Shown here in pieces: positions 19,841 through 30,783 of a stretch of DNA of 64,000 bases; within the stretch, counting starts at the first letter, position 1; each line of letters begins with the position of its first letter. Under the pieces are notes generated by a model that saw only the letters and a list, made by a program, of their open reading frames with translations, was not told where the DNA came from and did no database searches. The stretch lies in assembly GCA_963666485.2 (NCBI GenBank), contig CAXXUO010000001.1:32001-96000 (forward strand), given 5' to 3'. Position numbers and translations under genes: made by a program. Source of the stretch: Syntrophorhabdaceae bacterium. Lineage in GTDB: Bacteria; Desulfobacterota; Syntrophorhabdia; Syntrophorhabdales; Syntrophorhabdaceae.

Positions 19841-22777
19841 TTACCACTTATACTGAATACCCACCATTCCCGAGTGTTGTGTCGTATCGTTCGAGAAATA
19901 ACTGTCATAGTAAATGCTCAGGTATATGTTGCTCCTCGTCCTGAGGGTCAGGCCAAGCCCCGCTCCGAGCCTGTCCCGGTCCGGCCTGTCCGCCCTGACG
20001 GTGAATGCCGACACGGGATAGCCGCTGAACGATGCATTGAGGACATGGTTGTCGTTTGAGAACTCATGGTCCCAACGAAGCCTGAATTCAGGGCTCAATA
20101 TACCGGCGGTCGTCACATAATCCTTGCGCACGGTGACGCCCAGAGAGCCCAGGTACGAGGATACGGCTTCCTTGTCGGCATCGAGAGAAAGGGTTCCCGC
20201 GCCATCCTCGCTGAAGCTGTCCCTCCACAAACGCATCGCCTGGAAGGATGCGCGGGGGATGATGTCCGCATACCTCGTCGTGATCCTGTACCCCCCCTCA
20301 ACGTATCCCGAGAGCAGGTGACCATAATAGGTCGCATCCGCCGACCGGGATATTGTCCCAAAGCTCATTTCCCGGTTCGTGTCGTATTTGTTATAGACGT
20401 ATCCCGCAATGCCGTTCACGTACCAGGGGCCATTCGTCCAGATACCGTAGAGCGACCCCATGTAGCTCGCTATCTTCGCATCCTCAGCGAGGTCTTTCAT
20501 AGTGACCTTTGTGTAGGAATAACCGAGGGTCCCGCCGAGGAGCAGCGATGGCCCGATCTTCCTGTCGAAGCCGAGCATGATGCCCGTCGTATTGTAATCA
20601 TACCGCGACGAAATGTCGTTCGCCCTCCTTTCGCCAAGCCCGCCATACGTTTCCATCCAGGCACCCCACGGGAGCGGCCGGGTGCCGGTTGCCGGCGTGG
20701 CGGAACCTGCCGGGAGGTTCGCCTGTGCGTCCGTGCCGGAATCCGTCCTGCTCGCGAGCATGGGGAACCTGGCTCCGAGCATTGACGACGCTCCCCCCGG
20801 CAGGAAACCGGACATTCGTGCGGTCATCATATCCCTGTACTGGTTGAAGGACGAGAAGGTCACCGCGGGGACGCTCGTGTGGATAAGACCGCCCATTTGA
20901 TCATAAGCGCTCCGGGCCTGGTAGGCACTGAGGTTGAGCAGAGCATTGAGCACATCCCGCATATCGCCTGTCGCTACGGGATAGGCCCGCTCGAGACCAT
21001 TCGCGACCGCGCACTGGTTTTCCGTTTCACAGATACTGTCGAAACCCCTTCGGGTCAGGGTCAGATCGACGAAGGTGGGGAAATAAGACAGGTACAGGTC
21101 AAAAAAAGTGGAGTTATTGACCAGGCCTGTGAATGTCCCGGCAACCCCCCCGGCAGCGGTAAGGAACGTGTATGTATAGGGTACGTTCCTGGCAAACATG
21201 CCGGAATATACGGGTGTAATCTTGCCGCCGTTCAGGGTTGCGGTGCCCGTTATGATAAGTTTGTCGGCGCTCTTGTCATCCAGTTCTATCTCGAGGTATG
21301 ATCCGGGGTTATGGGTATAATTCCCTATTATTGTCATGGTGCCGATGGAATCGCCCGGTGCGACGGTACCATTTAACTCGTTGATCACGATGCCTTCCAG
21401 GGAACCCTTGCCCGTAATAAGGCCCTGGTTCGTCATCATGCCCGGGCCCGCTTCTTTCGTATGGTATCTGTCCTGCCACCCATCCGGGTAGACGATGAAC
21501 TCGCTGCCGTGTTTCGAACTTTTCAAAACGATCTCGCCGTCGTTGCGAAGAAGGCCGAAATTCCTGAAATAGCCCGGTTTGTTGCCGTTTATCTGGAGCT
21601 TGCCGTCATACCCGTCGTAGCCGCTATACTGGCCGCTCGTGAATTCGATCCTTCCCTGATTCATGAAAGTCCCGTTGTTCACCATGTTCGCCGTGAATTG
21701 TGTCCTGACAATAGACCCGGGATGATTGTACCAGGTCCCGTTGTTCTCAAAATATGAGCTTCGGACATAGGCGGGAACAGGGACCCCGTGATACCAGTCG
21801 AAAGACTGGAACCCTGAGCTCGTGACAGTTCCAAAGTTGTGCACGACGCTGTTATTAATGAAAAGACCGCCATGGCGGTTGAACGATTCGGTGCCGGGAC
21901 GAAACGTCATTGTGCCGTTATTGGTAAAAGTGCCGCCGGAAAGGGTCAGGCCGGTTGACCGATCTCCCTTATAAATATTTATGACCGCACCCGGGTGGTT
22001 GATAAAATATGTGGGGTCCGGCTGTTTATTTGCCCTCCGGTCGTCGTAATCAATGTTCGTGGAGTCAATATGAAAGGACCCGGAGCTTTCGATCGTGCCA
22101 AAATTATTGAAGGTCCCCCTGTAAATAGCGAGCGCGCCGTATTTGTACATGTTATTGAACATGCCATAATTGTCGAAACGAGGCGTCAGGTTGTCGCGGC
22201 CGGGTTCTTTACCCTCGCCCATCACCGTTGCGAACCAGTTATGCCAGGTGCCGTAATTAGCGGTATATCCGTAGTTGCATATTGCCCCCCGGTTGAAGAC
22301 CTGCCCGCCTTTTTCTATAATGAGGGTGCCGCTATTCATGACGATCAGGGGATTGGCCTCGACAAGATACAGGGTCTTCGGGTTTGGCTTATCGTTGTCG
22401 TAATATGTGTAATCGGTCCTAAGCTGTCCGCCCTGCCGGACATTGATGGTACCGTAATTGTATGTGGTTGAACCATTGTATTCCGATGCGGGGTCCCCGT
22501 TGCCGTGGGACCTCGTTGCTCCTGCCCCGATATCGACAACCTCGTCGGCATTAATCCGGAATAGCTTCCTGCCCAGTTGATCGGTGCTTACGTAATATCC
22601 AAGCTGCTGCGCCCCGGCGTCCGGGCACCATGCATTGATCACGGCTGCACATACTACCCACAGAGCTATAGCTGCGGCATTTCGCCGCACAATTCCCTTT
22701 CCTCTCGAATTCATTAAAAATATCCTCCTGAGCGTTGACATCATGCCTGGCCTATTTGTAACAGGAGGATGTATCAT
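19841..22777 (-). CDS. Autotransporter (type Va) 1
   Basis: Signal peptide, NxG beta-helix repeats, APGDSIGT linker, beta-barrel ending GIQYKW. Confidence 0.9.
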   Translation of the reverse strand: MIHPPVTNRPGMMSTLRRIFLMNSRGKGIVRRNAAAIALWVVCAAVINAWCPDAGAQQLGYYVSTDQLGRKLFRINADEVVDIGAGATRSHGNGDPASEYNGSTTYNYGTINVRQGGQLRTDYTYYDNDKPNPKTLYLVEANPLIVMNSGTLIIEKGGQVFNRGAICNYGYTANYGTWHNWFATVMGEGKEPGRDNLTPRFDNYGMFNNMYKYGALAIYRGTFNNFGTIESSGSFHIDSTNIDYDDRRANKQPDPTYFINHPGAVINIYKGDRSTGLTLSGGTFTNNGTMTFRPGTESFNRHGGLFINNSVVHNFGTVTSSGFQSFDWYHGVPVPAYVRSSYFENNGTWYNHPGSIVRTQFTANMVNNGTFMNQGRIEFTSGQYSGYDGYDGKLQINGNKPGYFRNFGLLRNDGEIVLKSSKHGSEFIVYPDGWQDRYHTKEAGPGMMTNQGLITGKGSLEGIVINELNGTVAPGDSIGTMTIIGNYTHNPGSYLEIELDDKSADKLIITGTATLNGGKITPVYSGMFARNVPYTYTFLTAAGGVAGTFTGLVNNSTFFDLYLSYFPTFVDLTLTRRGFDSICETENQCAVANGLERAYPVATGDMRDVLNALLNLSAYQARSAYDQMGGLIHTSVPAVTFSSFNQYRDMMTARMSGFLPGGASSMLGARFPMLASRTDSGTDAQANLPAGSATPATGTRPLPWGAWMETYGGLGERRANDISSRYDYNTTGIMLGFDRKIGPSLLLGGTLGYSYTKVTMKDLAEDAKIASYMGSLYGIWTNGPWYVNGIAGYVYNKYDTNREMSFGTISRSADATYYGHLLSGYVEGGYRITTRYADIIPRASFQAMRLWRDSFSEDGAGTLSLDADKEAVSSYLGSLGVTVRKDYVTTAGILSPEFRLRWDHEFSNDNHVLNASFSGYPVSAFTVRADRPDRDRLGAGLGLTLRTRSNIYLSIYYDSYFSNDTTQHSGMVGIQYKW

Positions 22778-22923
22778 AGGTAAATACAGATAAACTCATA
22801 TTTAAATACAGACTAAATACCTATATTTTGTGGGGCAATACAAGGAATGAGAAATGCGTGTTATGTATCTTAACGGACCGAGGAAAAATAAATATGAATT
22901 ATATACAATCGAATGAGCACCAT

Positions 22924-25900
22924 TTAATGCAAACCCCGGGTTACCTTCAACCCCTCCTCAAGCGCCGTCTCAAGCTCATGAAGGGGCGGTTCGCAGTCAG
23001 CGCCTTCCCGTATCGCCATCTCCAGGTTCAAGGCCGTGCGGTGCACGTCATAGGCCGACAGGGTCGATGCGGTGCCTTTCAGGGTGTGGGCGAGCGTCCG
23101 TGCAAGCTCGCGGTCATCCTTCTCGAGGTGCGACCTGATGTCTGCCGGGACGGAGACGTTCTTCCTGAAGAAGCCGACAAGGAGCTTCCTGTAGAGGTCC
23201 TCCTTCCCCATGAGGCGGCGTATCCCCGCGTCCATGTCGATGCCGGGCAGGCGTGCCGACGCGGCAGGCGGCGGGGTGCAGGCGGGGGCGGGTCCTTCCG
23301 CCGGGCGGTTTTTCGTCCACCTTGCGAGCATGGTCACAAGGAGGTGGGGCTCGATGGGCTTCGGGATGTAGTCGTTCATCCCTGCTTCGAGGCAGGCCTC
23401 GCGGGCCCCTCCCATGGCGTGGGCGGTCATGGCGATGACGGGCGCGGTGATGTTCCTCTCCCTCAAGAGGCGGGCCGCCTCGTGGCCCCCCATGACGGGC
23501 ATCTCGATGTCCATGAGGATGACGTCGCAGGCACCCTTCAAGGCCATGTCAAGGGCTTCTTTCCCGTTGAGCGCATGGGTGACGGACGCGCCGGCCTCCT
23601 TCAGGATCTCTATCGCCACCTCGGCGTTCACCTGGTTGTCCTCGGCAAGGAGGACGCGGGTGCCGGTTAAGGCCCCCTTGATATCGGGGGCGAGGGAGCC
23701 GGCGAGGTCGATGATCGTCTCGTCCTTCCCCGGGTAGGGGAAGGCGACAGGGAAGGTGAACTCGGTGCCCTTCCCGGGTGCGCTTTTCACCGTGAGCTTT
23801 GAGCCCATGAGCTCGAGGATCTGCCGGGATATGGCAAGCCCTAAGCCCGTCCCCCCGTATTTGCGGGTGATCGAGTCGTCCGCCTGGGCGAAGGCGTCGA
23901 AGATGACGGAGAGCTGCTCGGCCGTCATGCCGATGCCCGTGTCCCTGACGGTGAACTTAAGGACGCAGGAGGCGTCGTCCCGGGATAGGACCTCCGCCTT
24001 TAAGAGGACGTAGCCCTCGGGGGTGAACTTGACCGCGTTGTTGATGATGTTCGTTAAGACCTGGGTCAAGCGGTAGGGGTCGCCCTTCACATGGGGAGGG
24101 ATACCGGGGGAGATGTCGGAGATGACCCCGATGCCCTTCTCGGATGCGAGGACGGACATGATGCCGGTCAAGCCTGTGACCATGTCGGCAAAGGCGAAGG
24201 GGACGGACTCCACCTTTAACTTGCCCGCCTCTATCTTCGCGAAGTCGAGGATGTCGTTGATGAGCTGGAGGAGGATCTTCGCGGAGAGGTGGATCCTCCC
24301 GGCGTAGCCTGACTGCTTCGTGTCGAGGGCCGTGCGGGAGATGAGCCCGGAGAAGCCTAAGATGGCGTTCATGGGGGTGCGGATCTCGTGGCTCATCTTC
24401 GCGAGGAACTCGCCCCGGGCTTTCGTGGCCGCCTCGGCCGCCTCCTTGGCGATGCGCATCTGCCCGGACCGCCTCTTCTCGGTTATGTCCTGCACCATGC
24501 CCTCGATGTAGAGGGGGGAGCCCTTTGCGTCCCTCACTGTGTGGGCGTTCATCGTGAGCTCGATCGGGGCGCCGTCTAAGCGCACGGCGGTGAACTCGAA
24601 GCCGCTGACGGTGCCCGAGGAGGAGAGCTCGTCGAGGAACAGGGTGTATTTCAAGGGGTCGGCAAAGATCTCGGCGTAGAGGTCGGGGACGGCCCGTATG
24701 AGCTCGGCGGGGGAGGCGTGCCCGAGCATCCGCGCAAGGGACGGGTTCACGAGAAGGGGCCTTCCCTGTAAGTCGGACTGGAAGATGCCCTCCGCGGCGT
24801 TCTCGACTATCGAGCTGTAGCGCTCCTCCGCCTCCTTGAGGCCCGCATAGAGCAAGGCGTTCTGGAGGGATATGGCGATCTGGGAGGAGAGGATCGTGAG
24901 CACCTCGACCCTCTCGGGGGTGAAGGCGCCTGCGACGGAGGTGTTCTCGAGGTAGAGGAGGCCCAGGGTCCTTGCCTGGCGTATGATGGGCATGCACAGG
25001 ATGGACAAGGGGTGTGTCTTTACGACGTAGGGGTCCCGCATGAAGGTGCCCTCTTGAGAGGCGTTACTTAAGATGACGGGCATCGATGTCCTGTCGGCGT
25101 AGCGGATGACGGCGGTGCAGATGTCGTGGCAGTCGTTAAGGGGGAGGTGCTCGTGAAGGGATGTGCCGTCACGTGAGCTCTTCGCCCTGACGGTGAGGCG
25201 GTTCGCTGCCTTAAGGATGAGGGCGCCCCTGTTCGCCCCTGCGTTCTCCATGACGGTCGTCATGAGGGAGCCGATGAGCTCGTCGAGGACGATCTCCTGG
25301 GAGATGGCCTGGGAGGCCTTCATGACGGAGGCGAGGTCGAACAGCATCCCCGTCGTGCCTGAAGACGACGGGGATGCGGCTTCAGCCGCATCCGCCCGAA
25401 GGGGCCTTGCGAAGGATGGCGCGGCAGGGAGAATACGGCGGTACGTCTCCTCGAGCTGCCTCACTTTGGCGGCCGCACCCCAGCGGTCATACAGGTAGCG
25501 GGCCTCGGCGAGGTAGACCGCGGCGATCTTCGGCTTGTCGAGCGACAGGTAGAACCTTCCCGCCAGCTCATTGGCCAGGGCCTCCTCGTTGATGTACCGG
25601 TTCTCGCCGGCGAGTTTGATGGCGTGGTCGAAGAGAGCCGCCGCAGCCGCGCTATGTCCGGCGAGCATTGCCAGTCCGGCCTCAATAAGGTGCACTTTGT
25701 GGGCATAATTCATCGGTCCGTGCCTGGCCCAGTTCAACAGGAATTTTTTGTTCCGCCCGATCCGCCGGAGAATCTCCCTGCGATCGCGTTCGCCCCGGGT
25801 CTCATAAATGGCGAGATTGATCAGGGAATCATAGAAATAGTAAAAACCGCAAGAGGAGCCGCCGGCCCGGCTCTCTATAAATCGAAAAGCCGTCTGCGAA

Positions 25901-26130
25901 TTCTCCCATGCCCGGTCAGCCAACCCGAACAGGTAACACAGGATCATCTTGAGGAAATAAATATCGAACAATGACCCGAAGTCATTTTTGAGTTCGTACG
26001 CCTGTATCATTTCATCCTCCCGGGATTCGCCATCGAGAAAAGTACAGGGGTCTTCCGCGGGGTTACGAAGGCTGGCGACAAATTGCCGGGAGAGCAGGAG
26101 GGCCGATACCGCCCTTTCCTGCTTGAGCAC
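22924..26130 (-). CDS. C-terminal part of a Ser/Thr kinase-AAA-GAF-PAS-HisKA-HATPase-Rec-Hpt hybrid sensor
   Basis: EALANELAG, KASQAISQEI (GAF), YLEN..AFT, SHEIRTPMN, GGTGLGL, MDIEMP, AHTLKG. Confidence 0.85.
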   Translation of the reverse strand: MLKQERAVSALLLSRQFVASLRNPAEDPCTFLDGESREDEMIQAYELKNDFGSLFDIYFLKMILCYLFGLADRAWENSQTAFRFIESRAGGSSCGFYYFYDSLINLAIYETRGERDRREILRRIGRNKKFLLNWARHGPMNYAHKVHLIEAGLAMLAGHSAAAAALFDHAIKLAGENRYINEEALANELAGRFYLSLDKPKIAAVYLAEARYLYDRWGAAAKVRQLEETYRRILPAAPSFARPLRADAAEAASPSSSGTTGMLFDLASVMKASQAISQEIVLDELIGSLMTTVMENAGANRGALILKAANRLTVRAKSSRDGTSLHEHLPLNDCHDICTAVIRYADRTSMPVILSNASQEGTFMRDPYVVKTHPLSILCMPIIRQARTLGLLYLENTSVAGAFTPERVEVLTILSSQIAISLQNALLYAGLKEAEERYSSIVENAAEGIFQSDLQGRPLLVNPSLARMLGHASPAELIRAVPDLYAEIFADPLKYTLFLDELSSSGTVSGFEFTAVRLDGAPIELTMNAHTVRDAKGSPLYIEGMVQDITEKRRSGQMRIAKEAAEAATKARGEFLAKMSHEIRTPMNAILGFSGLISRTALDTKQSGYAGRIHLSAKILLQLINDILDFAKIEAGKLKVESVPFAFADMVTGLTGIMSVLASEKGIGVISDISPGIPPHVKGDPYRLTQVLTNIINNAVKFTPEGYVLLKAEVLSRDDASCVLKFTVRDTGIGMTAEQLSVIFDAFAQADDSITRKYGGTGLGLAISRQILELMGSKLTVKSAPGKGTEFTFPVAFPYPGKDETIIDLAGSLAPDIKGALTGTRVLLAEDNQVNAEVAIEILKEAGASVTHALNGKEALDMALKGACDVILMDIEMPVMGGHEAARLLRERNITAPVIAMTAHAMGGAREACLEAGMNDYIPKPIEPHLLVTMLARWTKNRPAEGPAPACTPPPAASARLPGIDMDAGIRRLMGKEDLYRKLLVGFFRKNVSVPADIRSHLEKDDRELARTLAHTLKGTASTLSAYDVHRTALNLEMAIREGADCEPPLHELETALEEGLKVTRGLH

Positions 26131-27558
26131 GCTTAAGCGGAGGTATGTGGTCGCTTATGAGTTTTTCGCACCGTGACAGTTCTTCGCCGCACAGAAGCAT
26201 ATTCCTTGCAAGAACAAGGACCGAGTTTCCCGCATACACAAAATTGCCATACTCGAGCCCGATGCGGTACGCCTCGCGGCAGACGGGGAATGTCACCCTG
26301 AGATTGTCGACCCTGTGAAAATAGAAAAATGCCGTTGCAAACCGCATCGTCGCTTCATCCGCCTTTGCGTCGGGGCCGGCGGCCAAGCAGATCGTACAGT
26401 CTCTCGACCTCACGGCCGAGCTCGACCTTGCCCCTGATGCCGACAAGGAACACCATGCCGAACATGCACAACAGCATCCTGCTGTATCTGCAGGACACCT
26501 TATGCCGTAAGAGCAGGCAGACGCTTTTGAAATTGAGCAGGGCGAGTATCTCCGGTGAACTGTTGAACGCGGCGTTTATCAGGCAATCGACAAGGCCCAA
26601 TGATTGCCAGAAGCCTCTCGTCTTTCAATTCGGGAAACGCGGCGATCTCTTCGGGCGTTTTCCCGTGCATTCTTGCCCGTGCTTTCGTAAAGGCCATAAC
26701 AATCTGCAGCTTTTGCGGACGGCGGGGGACATGAAAACCCAGCCCGCCCAGGACGCCAAGGCCTATGTCCAGTGCGTGCCTGAACTTAGCCTGCGAAGAG
26801 AGCGCGATTATGTTCACAATATGGAAGGGGACCTTATCGATAAGTGTCCGGGCCCTCTCGAGGATAACCCTTCCAATCCCCAGCATTTCGGCGTAATTAC
26901 CTGGACAGGTAGGCCGTCTCGGCTGCATCGGAATAGATGGCCAGGGTGAGGGTCGTACTCATTTTCCCAGGAAGCCCCCTCGAGAAGGTCGATTCCGGCC
27001 CGGAGAACTTGATACGCGAGGTCAAATGCGGTCATTTGTCTCGCCTTCTGCCCCGCCCGGTAATTGAGCCGTGCCACCCGCGCCCTTTCTTCGGCGGACG
27101 CGATGAGCGCCCTGCCTTTATTATACTGATCCAGAACCGCAAAGAGGTTTTCATCCAGTTCATCTTCGGGTATCCCGGCGAGGAGAAGACGGCCGGCCCT
27201 TAAATGCTCGGCTGAGAGCATATCCTCTCTCATCATCCCGTACGTACCCTGCTGAATGCGGTCATGCGCGAAGGAAAATGTGTCCCCTCCCCAGGCCAAA
27301 GATAAAACCTTCGCGGACCGCTTCGGCACACTCCCGTGCAATATCCCCCGGCAGGCCTTTCGGCCAGGATAGCCACCCGCGCGAGGGTCGAATGTATTGC
27401 CCGAGCATTGACGCATAACGCAGGAACGCCTGGGTCTCGCCACGAAGCTTCCTGATCTTTCCCCACCACAAGTTCCCACGACATTGCTCGTGAAGCTCCT
27501 GGCATGTATCTTGCTCAATTGTCCCAACACCATGACGATCTTCCCGCATCATAACCAA
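26063..27558 (-). pseudogene. Middle of the giant kinase gene, fragmented by multiple +1 frameshifts (biological decay or sequencing error)
   Basis: Expected motifs (NVV, KIRKL, GNTFD, FAHDRIQQ, WENEYD-LTL) alternate between the three minus frames. Confidence 0.75.
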
Positions 27559-29269
27559 GGAGCCCTTCTTCGTTGAGCGCCTTTAAGAATTCACCCAGGA
27601 AGAAGGGGTTGCCCCCGGTCTTCTCGTGGACCAGGCCGGCAAGGGGCTCTACTTTGTCGGGTGCCTGGCGGACGATGTCTGCAATGATGTCTGCCGTATA
27701 GCTGACCTTTAAGGGCCCCACCATGATATCTTCCCGGAACTGCGCGGGTATGCTCCTCAGCATCCCCATGAACGGGTGCGTATCGTCCACCTCGTTGTCC
27801 CGGTACGCCAGGATGAGCATGAAGGCACCGTCCTCGATACCCATCATCGTTTCGATAAGGTTGAGAGATGGAAGGTCCGCCCACTGCAGGTCGTCCAGGA
27901 ACAGGACCAGGGGACGCTCGCGGGTACAGAAAAGTGCCGCGAAATTATAAAAAAGCACCCTGAAACGGTTCCGGGATTCCTCCGGTTTTAACGTAATGGC
28001 GGGGGGTTGGGGGCCGATGATAAGCTCAAGTTCAGGGATGAGATCGATGAGGACCCGGCCGTTTGGCCCCGCAATGTCCAGGATCTTGTGACGCCACTCT
28101 TTAATGTTTTCGTCGCGTTCGGGCAAAAGCTGATGGACCAGTTCCCGGAGGGCCCCGATGATCCCGCTGTAAGGCACGCTGCGGGCAAACTGGTCGAATT
28201 TTGAGGATATGAAATACGCGTGCCGCTCGATGACAAAGCCTTGAAGCTCGTTTACAAGGGCCGTCTTGCCAATCCCCGGGGGGCCGGAAACAAGCACCAT
28301 TTTTCTTGAACCCGATGCTGCCCGGTCATAACATGAGGCTAACCTCCGGACCTCTGCGTCGCGGCCGTAAAGTTTTGACGGCAGCAGAAATCTATCGGGA
28401 ACATCTTTCAGGGCGACCGGAAAGGGCTCTATCATTCCGGTGCCTTCCAATTCCGCAAGGCACCGCTCGAGATCGGCCCTGACACCGGCGGCACTCTGGT
28501 AACGTTCGCCCGCCTCCTTCGACAGGAGCTTCATGATGATCGAAGAGATAGCCTGCGGGATCCCGGGCCTTATTTCGCCGGGAGGAACGGGCTCCCGGGC
28601 TATATGCGCGTGCACAATTTCAAGGGGCGTGGCGCTTTCAAAGGGCAGCCTGCCTGCAAGCATTTCATACAGGGTTACGCCCAAAGAGTAAAGGTCTGTC
28701 CGCCAGTCTGCTCCGCGGTTCATACGGCCTGTCTGCTCGGGAGATATATAGGCGAGCAGGCCTCGTTCATGGTCATTACCGCCTGGAATGACACCATTCT
28801 TCGCCAATGGTACTGCAATACCGAGATCGATCAGGTAAGCCCGATCGCATTTGGGGTCATAAAGATAACGGGAAGGATTAATATCCCTGTGAGCGATACC
28901 GGCATTGTGGACGTGATGCAAGGTGCCGGCCATGCCGGCGGCTACCGACAGGAACGATCTGAGCGACAGGTGATGTTTCCGGATATGATGTTCTAACGAT
29001 CCGCCTCCCGCATCTTCGAACATGATGAACAGGAGGTTGCCATGCTCTTTGAGCGCCAGTGCCCTGGCTATCCCGTCAATTCCCGTGAGGCGGCAAAATG
29101 TTTGATATTCTCGTCTGAACCGATCTATCTCCCCGGTTTTCGGATACTGCCGGTTCAAGAATTTGATGAGGACCGGGTCGCCGCCCGAGTCTTCTGCGGC
29201 GCGCACGACCAGCGAGCGATCGCTTTCATGGAGTAGTTCCTTTATCTCGAAACCAGGCACAAAATACAT
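27515..29269 (-). CDS. N-terminal Ser/Thr kinase plus AAA ATPase part of the giant hybrid sensor
   Basis: HRDINP, IDLGIA, YISPEQTGRMN, DLYSLG, SGPPGIGKT, LDDLQWAD, KTGGNPFF. Confidence 0.88.
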   Translation of the reverse strand: MYFVPGFEIKELLHESDRSLVVRAAEDSGGDPVLIKFLNRQYPKTGEIDRFRREYQTFCRLTGIDGIARALALKEHGNLLFIMFEDAGGGSLEHHIRKHHLSLRSFLSVAAGMAGTLHHVHNAGIAHRDINPSRYLYDPKCDRAYLIDLGIAVPLAKNGVIPGGNDHERGLLAYISPEQTGRMNRGADWRTDLYSLGVTLYEMLAGRLPFESATPLEIVHAHIAREPVPPGEIRPGIPQAISSIIMKLLSKEAGERYQSAAGVRADLERCLAELEGTGMIEPFPVALKDVPDRFLLPSKLYGRDAEVRRLASCYDRAASGSRKMVLVSGPPGIGKTALVNELQGFVIERHAYFISSKFDQFARSVPYSGIIGALRELVHQLLPERDENIKEWRHKILDIAGPNGRVLIDLIPELELIIGPQPPAITLKPEESRNRFRVLFYNFAALFCTRERPLVLFLDDLQWADLPSLNLIETMMGIEDGAFMLILAYRDNEVDDTHPFMGMLRSIPAQFREDIMVGPLKVSYTADIIADIVRQAPDKVEPLAGLVHEKTGGNPFFLGEFLKALNEEGLLGYDAGRSSWCWDN

Positions 29270-29381
29270 AATTCATTCGGATGTCGGACTAGCTTTATTC
29301 TCTCGCCAAACGTGGCCCGCCGGGGACTTTAGGGCAATGGCGCGCCCGCCAGGGTCCCCGGCATATGTCCCTTGAAACATG

Positions 29382-30308
29382 TCACTGATTACACGCATAT
29401 TGTTCCAGGGGTTCGACCGCGTTTTCGGTTTCAGTCCTTCTTCGCCGGGTAATTTCGTGGACTTTGGGGTGTTCTGACCTTGCCATCTCCGGGGCATGCC
29501 GTGCGGCAACATCCCCGGTCTTCGTAACATGCGAAAAATCCTCGATCATCGAATTGTCGGGAATAACAGCATACTCATCGATTATAACCCCGTGGCCTAT
29601 CCTGCAGTCATTGCCTATTTTCGCCCCGTAATGAATGATGGTGTTCACGCCTGTCCTGGTGTTGTCGCCAATGTCGACATCGACGGACAACAGGTTCTCA
29701 AACCCGATAATGACATTGTTCCCTATCTTGCAGCCGGGAGCTATGCACGATCTCGCCTGGATCTGCGTATTATCACCTATGACAAGTTTCTTCAGGATGT
29801 GGATATTCGTATCGAGCGCGAGGTGCGTTGACAGGAGCACTTCGGAGCCGATCGCGGCATTCTTCCCGAAGTACAGAAGATTGTTGGCATCCTGCATGTC
29901 CACCGTTTCCGCAAAGTACGTGGAGTAGTGGATGTTCACACGAAGCATCCGCAAGAATATGTACCGCACGGTCTTATTGTAAAAGAGATACTGCCTGAGA
30001 AAAAGAAAGACATACGAATAGAAATTCCAGTTCAGTCTCCACATCATATGCCTTTTGGAATTCACTCTGTACTTGCCTTCCTTAAGGGGCCTCACACACA
30101 ACCGGAAGGCAAGCCCGGTGATAATGATGTATGAATTAATAAATACGAATGCACAGAAAACCAGGCTGGCTATCACGGGAATGTATTTCGTCAACGAATA
30201 ATAGATCGAAGCGGTCAAATAGATCGCTGCGCCCAGTATCAGGCAAATGCCTGAAAGCCAGGTGATCTCACTGAAAAGGAGGTTAAATAAACTCTTCGCT
30301 GTTTTCAT
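29382..30308 (-). CDS. Membrane acyltransferase with hexapeptide (left-handed beta-helix) repeats
   Basis: N-terminal TMs, then IGDN/IGNN/IGND hexapeptides. Confidence 0.75.
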   Translation of the reverse strand: MKTAKSLFNLLFSEITWLSGICLILGAAIYLTASIYYSLTKYIPVIASLVFCAFVFINSYIIITGLAFRLCVRPLKEGKYRVNSKRHMMWRLNWNFYSYVFLFLRQYLFYNKTVRYIFLRMLRVNIHYSTYFAETVDMQDANNLLYFGKNAAIGSEVLLSTHLALDTNIHILKKLVIGDNTQIQARSCIAPGCKIGNNVIIGFENLLSVDVDIGDNTRTGVNTIIHYGAKIGNDCRIGHGVIIDEYAVIPDNSMIEDFSHVTKTGDVAARHAPEMARSEHPKVHEITRRRRTETENAVEPLEQYACNQ

Positions 30309-30506
30309 TATGCTGTCTCCCTTAAAAATATTGACAATCCTTTTCTGGAAAACTCTCCGGTCATTCCCGTATATTCAGCACCATCTGCTAAGACATTGCC
30401 CACCTCCCCTATATGATCCGCCGTCATTTTCGCTTGATCCTTCCCGTCAGTTCCTGTGTGATCTTTCATCGTCACAGACTGTTATAACAGGTCATATAGG
30501 CGCATA

Positions 30507-30545
30507 CAATACAGGAGGAATACATTAATAATATAGGTATAAAAC
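30507..30545. promoter_or_regulatory. Conserved 39-bp upstream motif, copy 1
   Basis: 33/39 identical to 35772-35810 by manual alignment. Confidence 0.6.
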
Positions 30546-30783
30546 CAGTACATTATGAAAGCCATCAGGCACCTGGAGCACACACCTTTATCGTTGATAA
30601 ACATCAATAATATTGAAGAACTAAAACGACACACACGGATATGGCGCACGGGTGCATCGGGTCATGCAGTAACACCTGCTCACATTAGGGTGGTATGTCA
30701 GGGACCTTACGCGTAATTGTTTATCTTTTACGTATTCTCCGTAGATTTATCTCGCATCGGGGATACGGGAACATTCACTTCGA

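Noticed and set aside
27515..27517. Selenocysteine readthrough at the kinase TGA
   Set aside because: Homology continues in another frame, so it is a frameshift, not recoding.
30642..30657. Sigma54 promoter (tggcgcacgggtgca)
   Set aside because: GG-to-GC spacing is 9 nt rather than the required 10.
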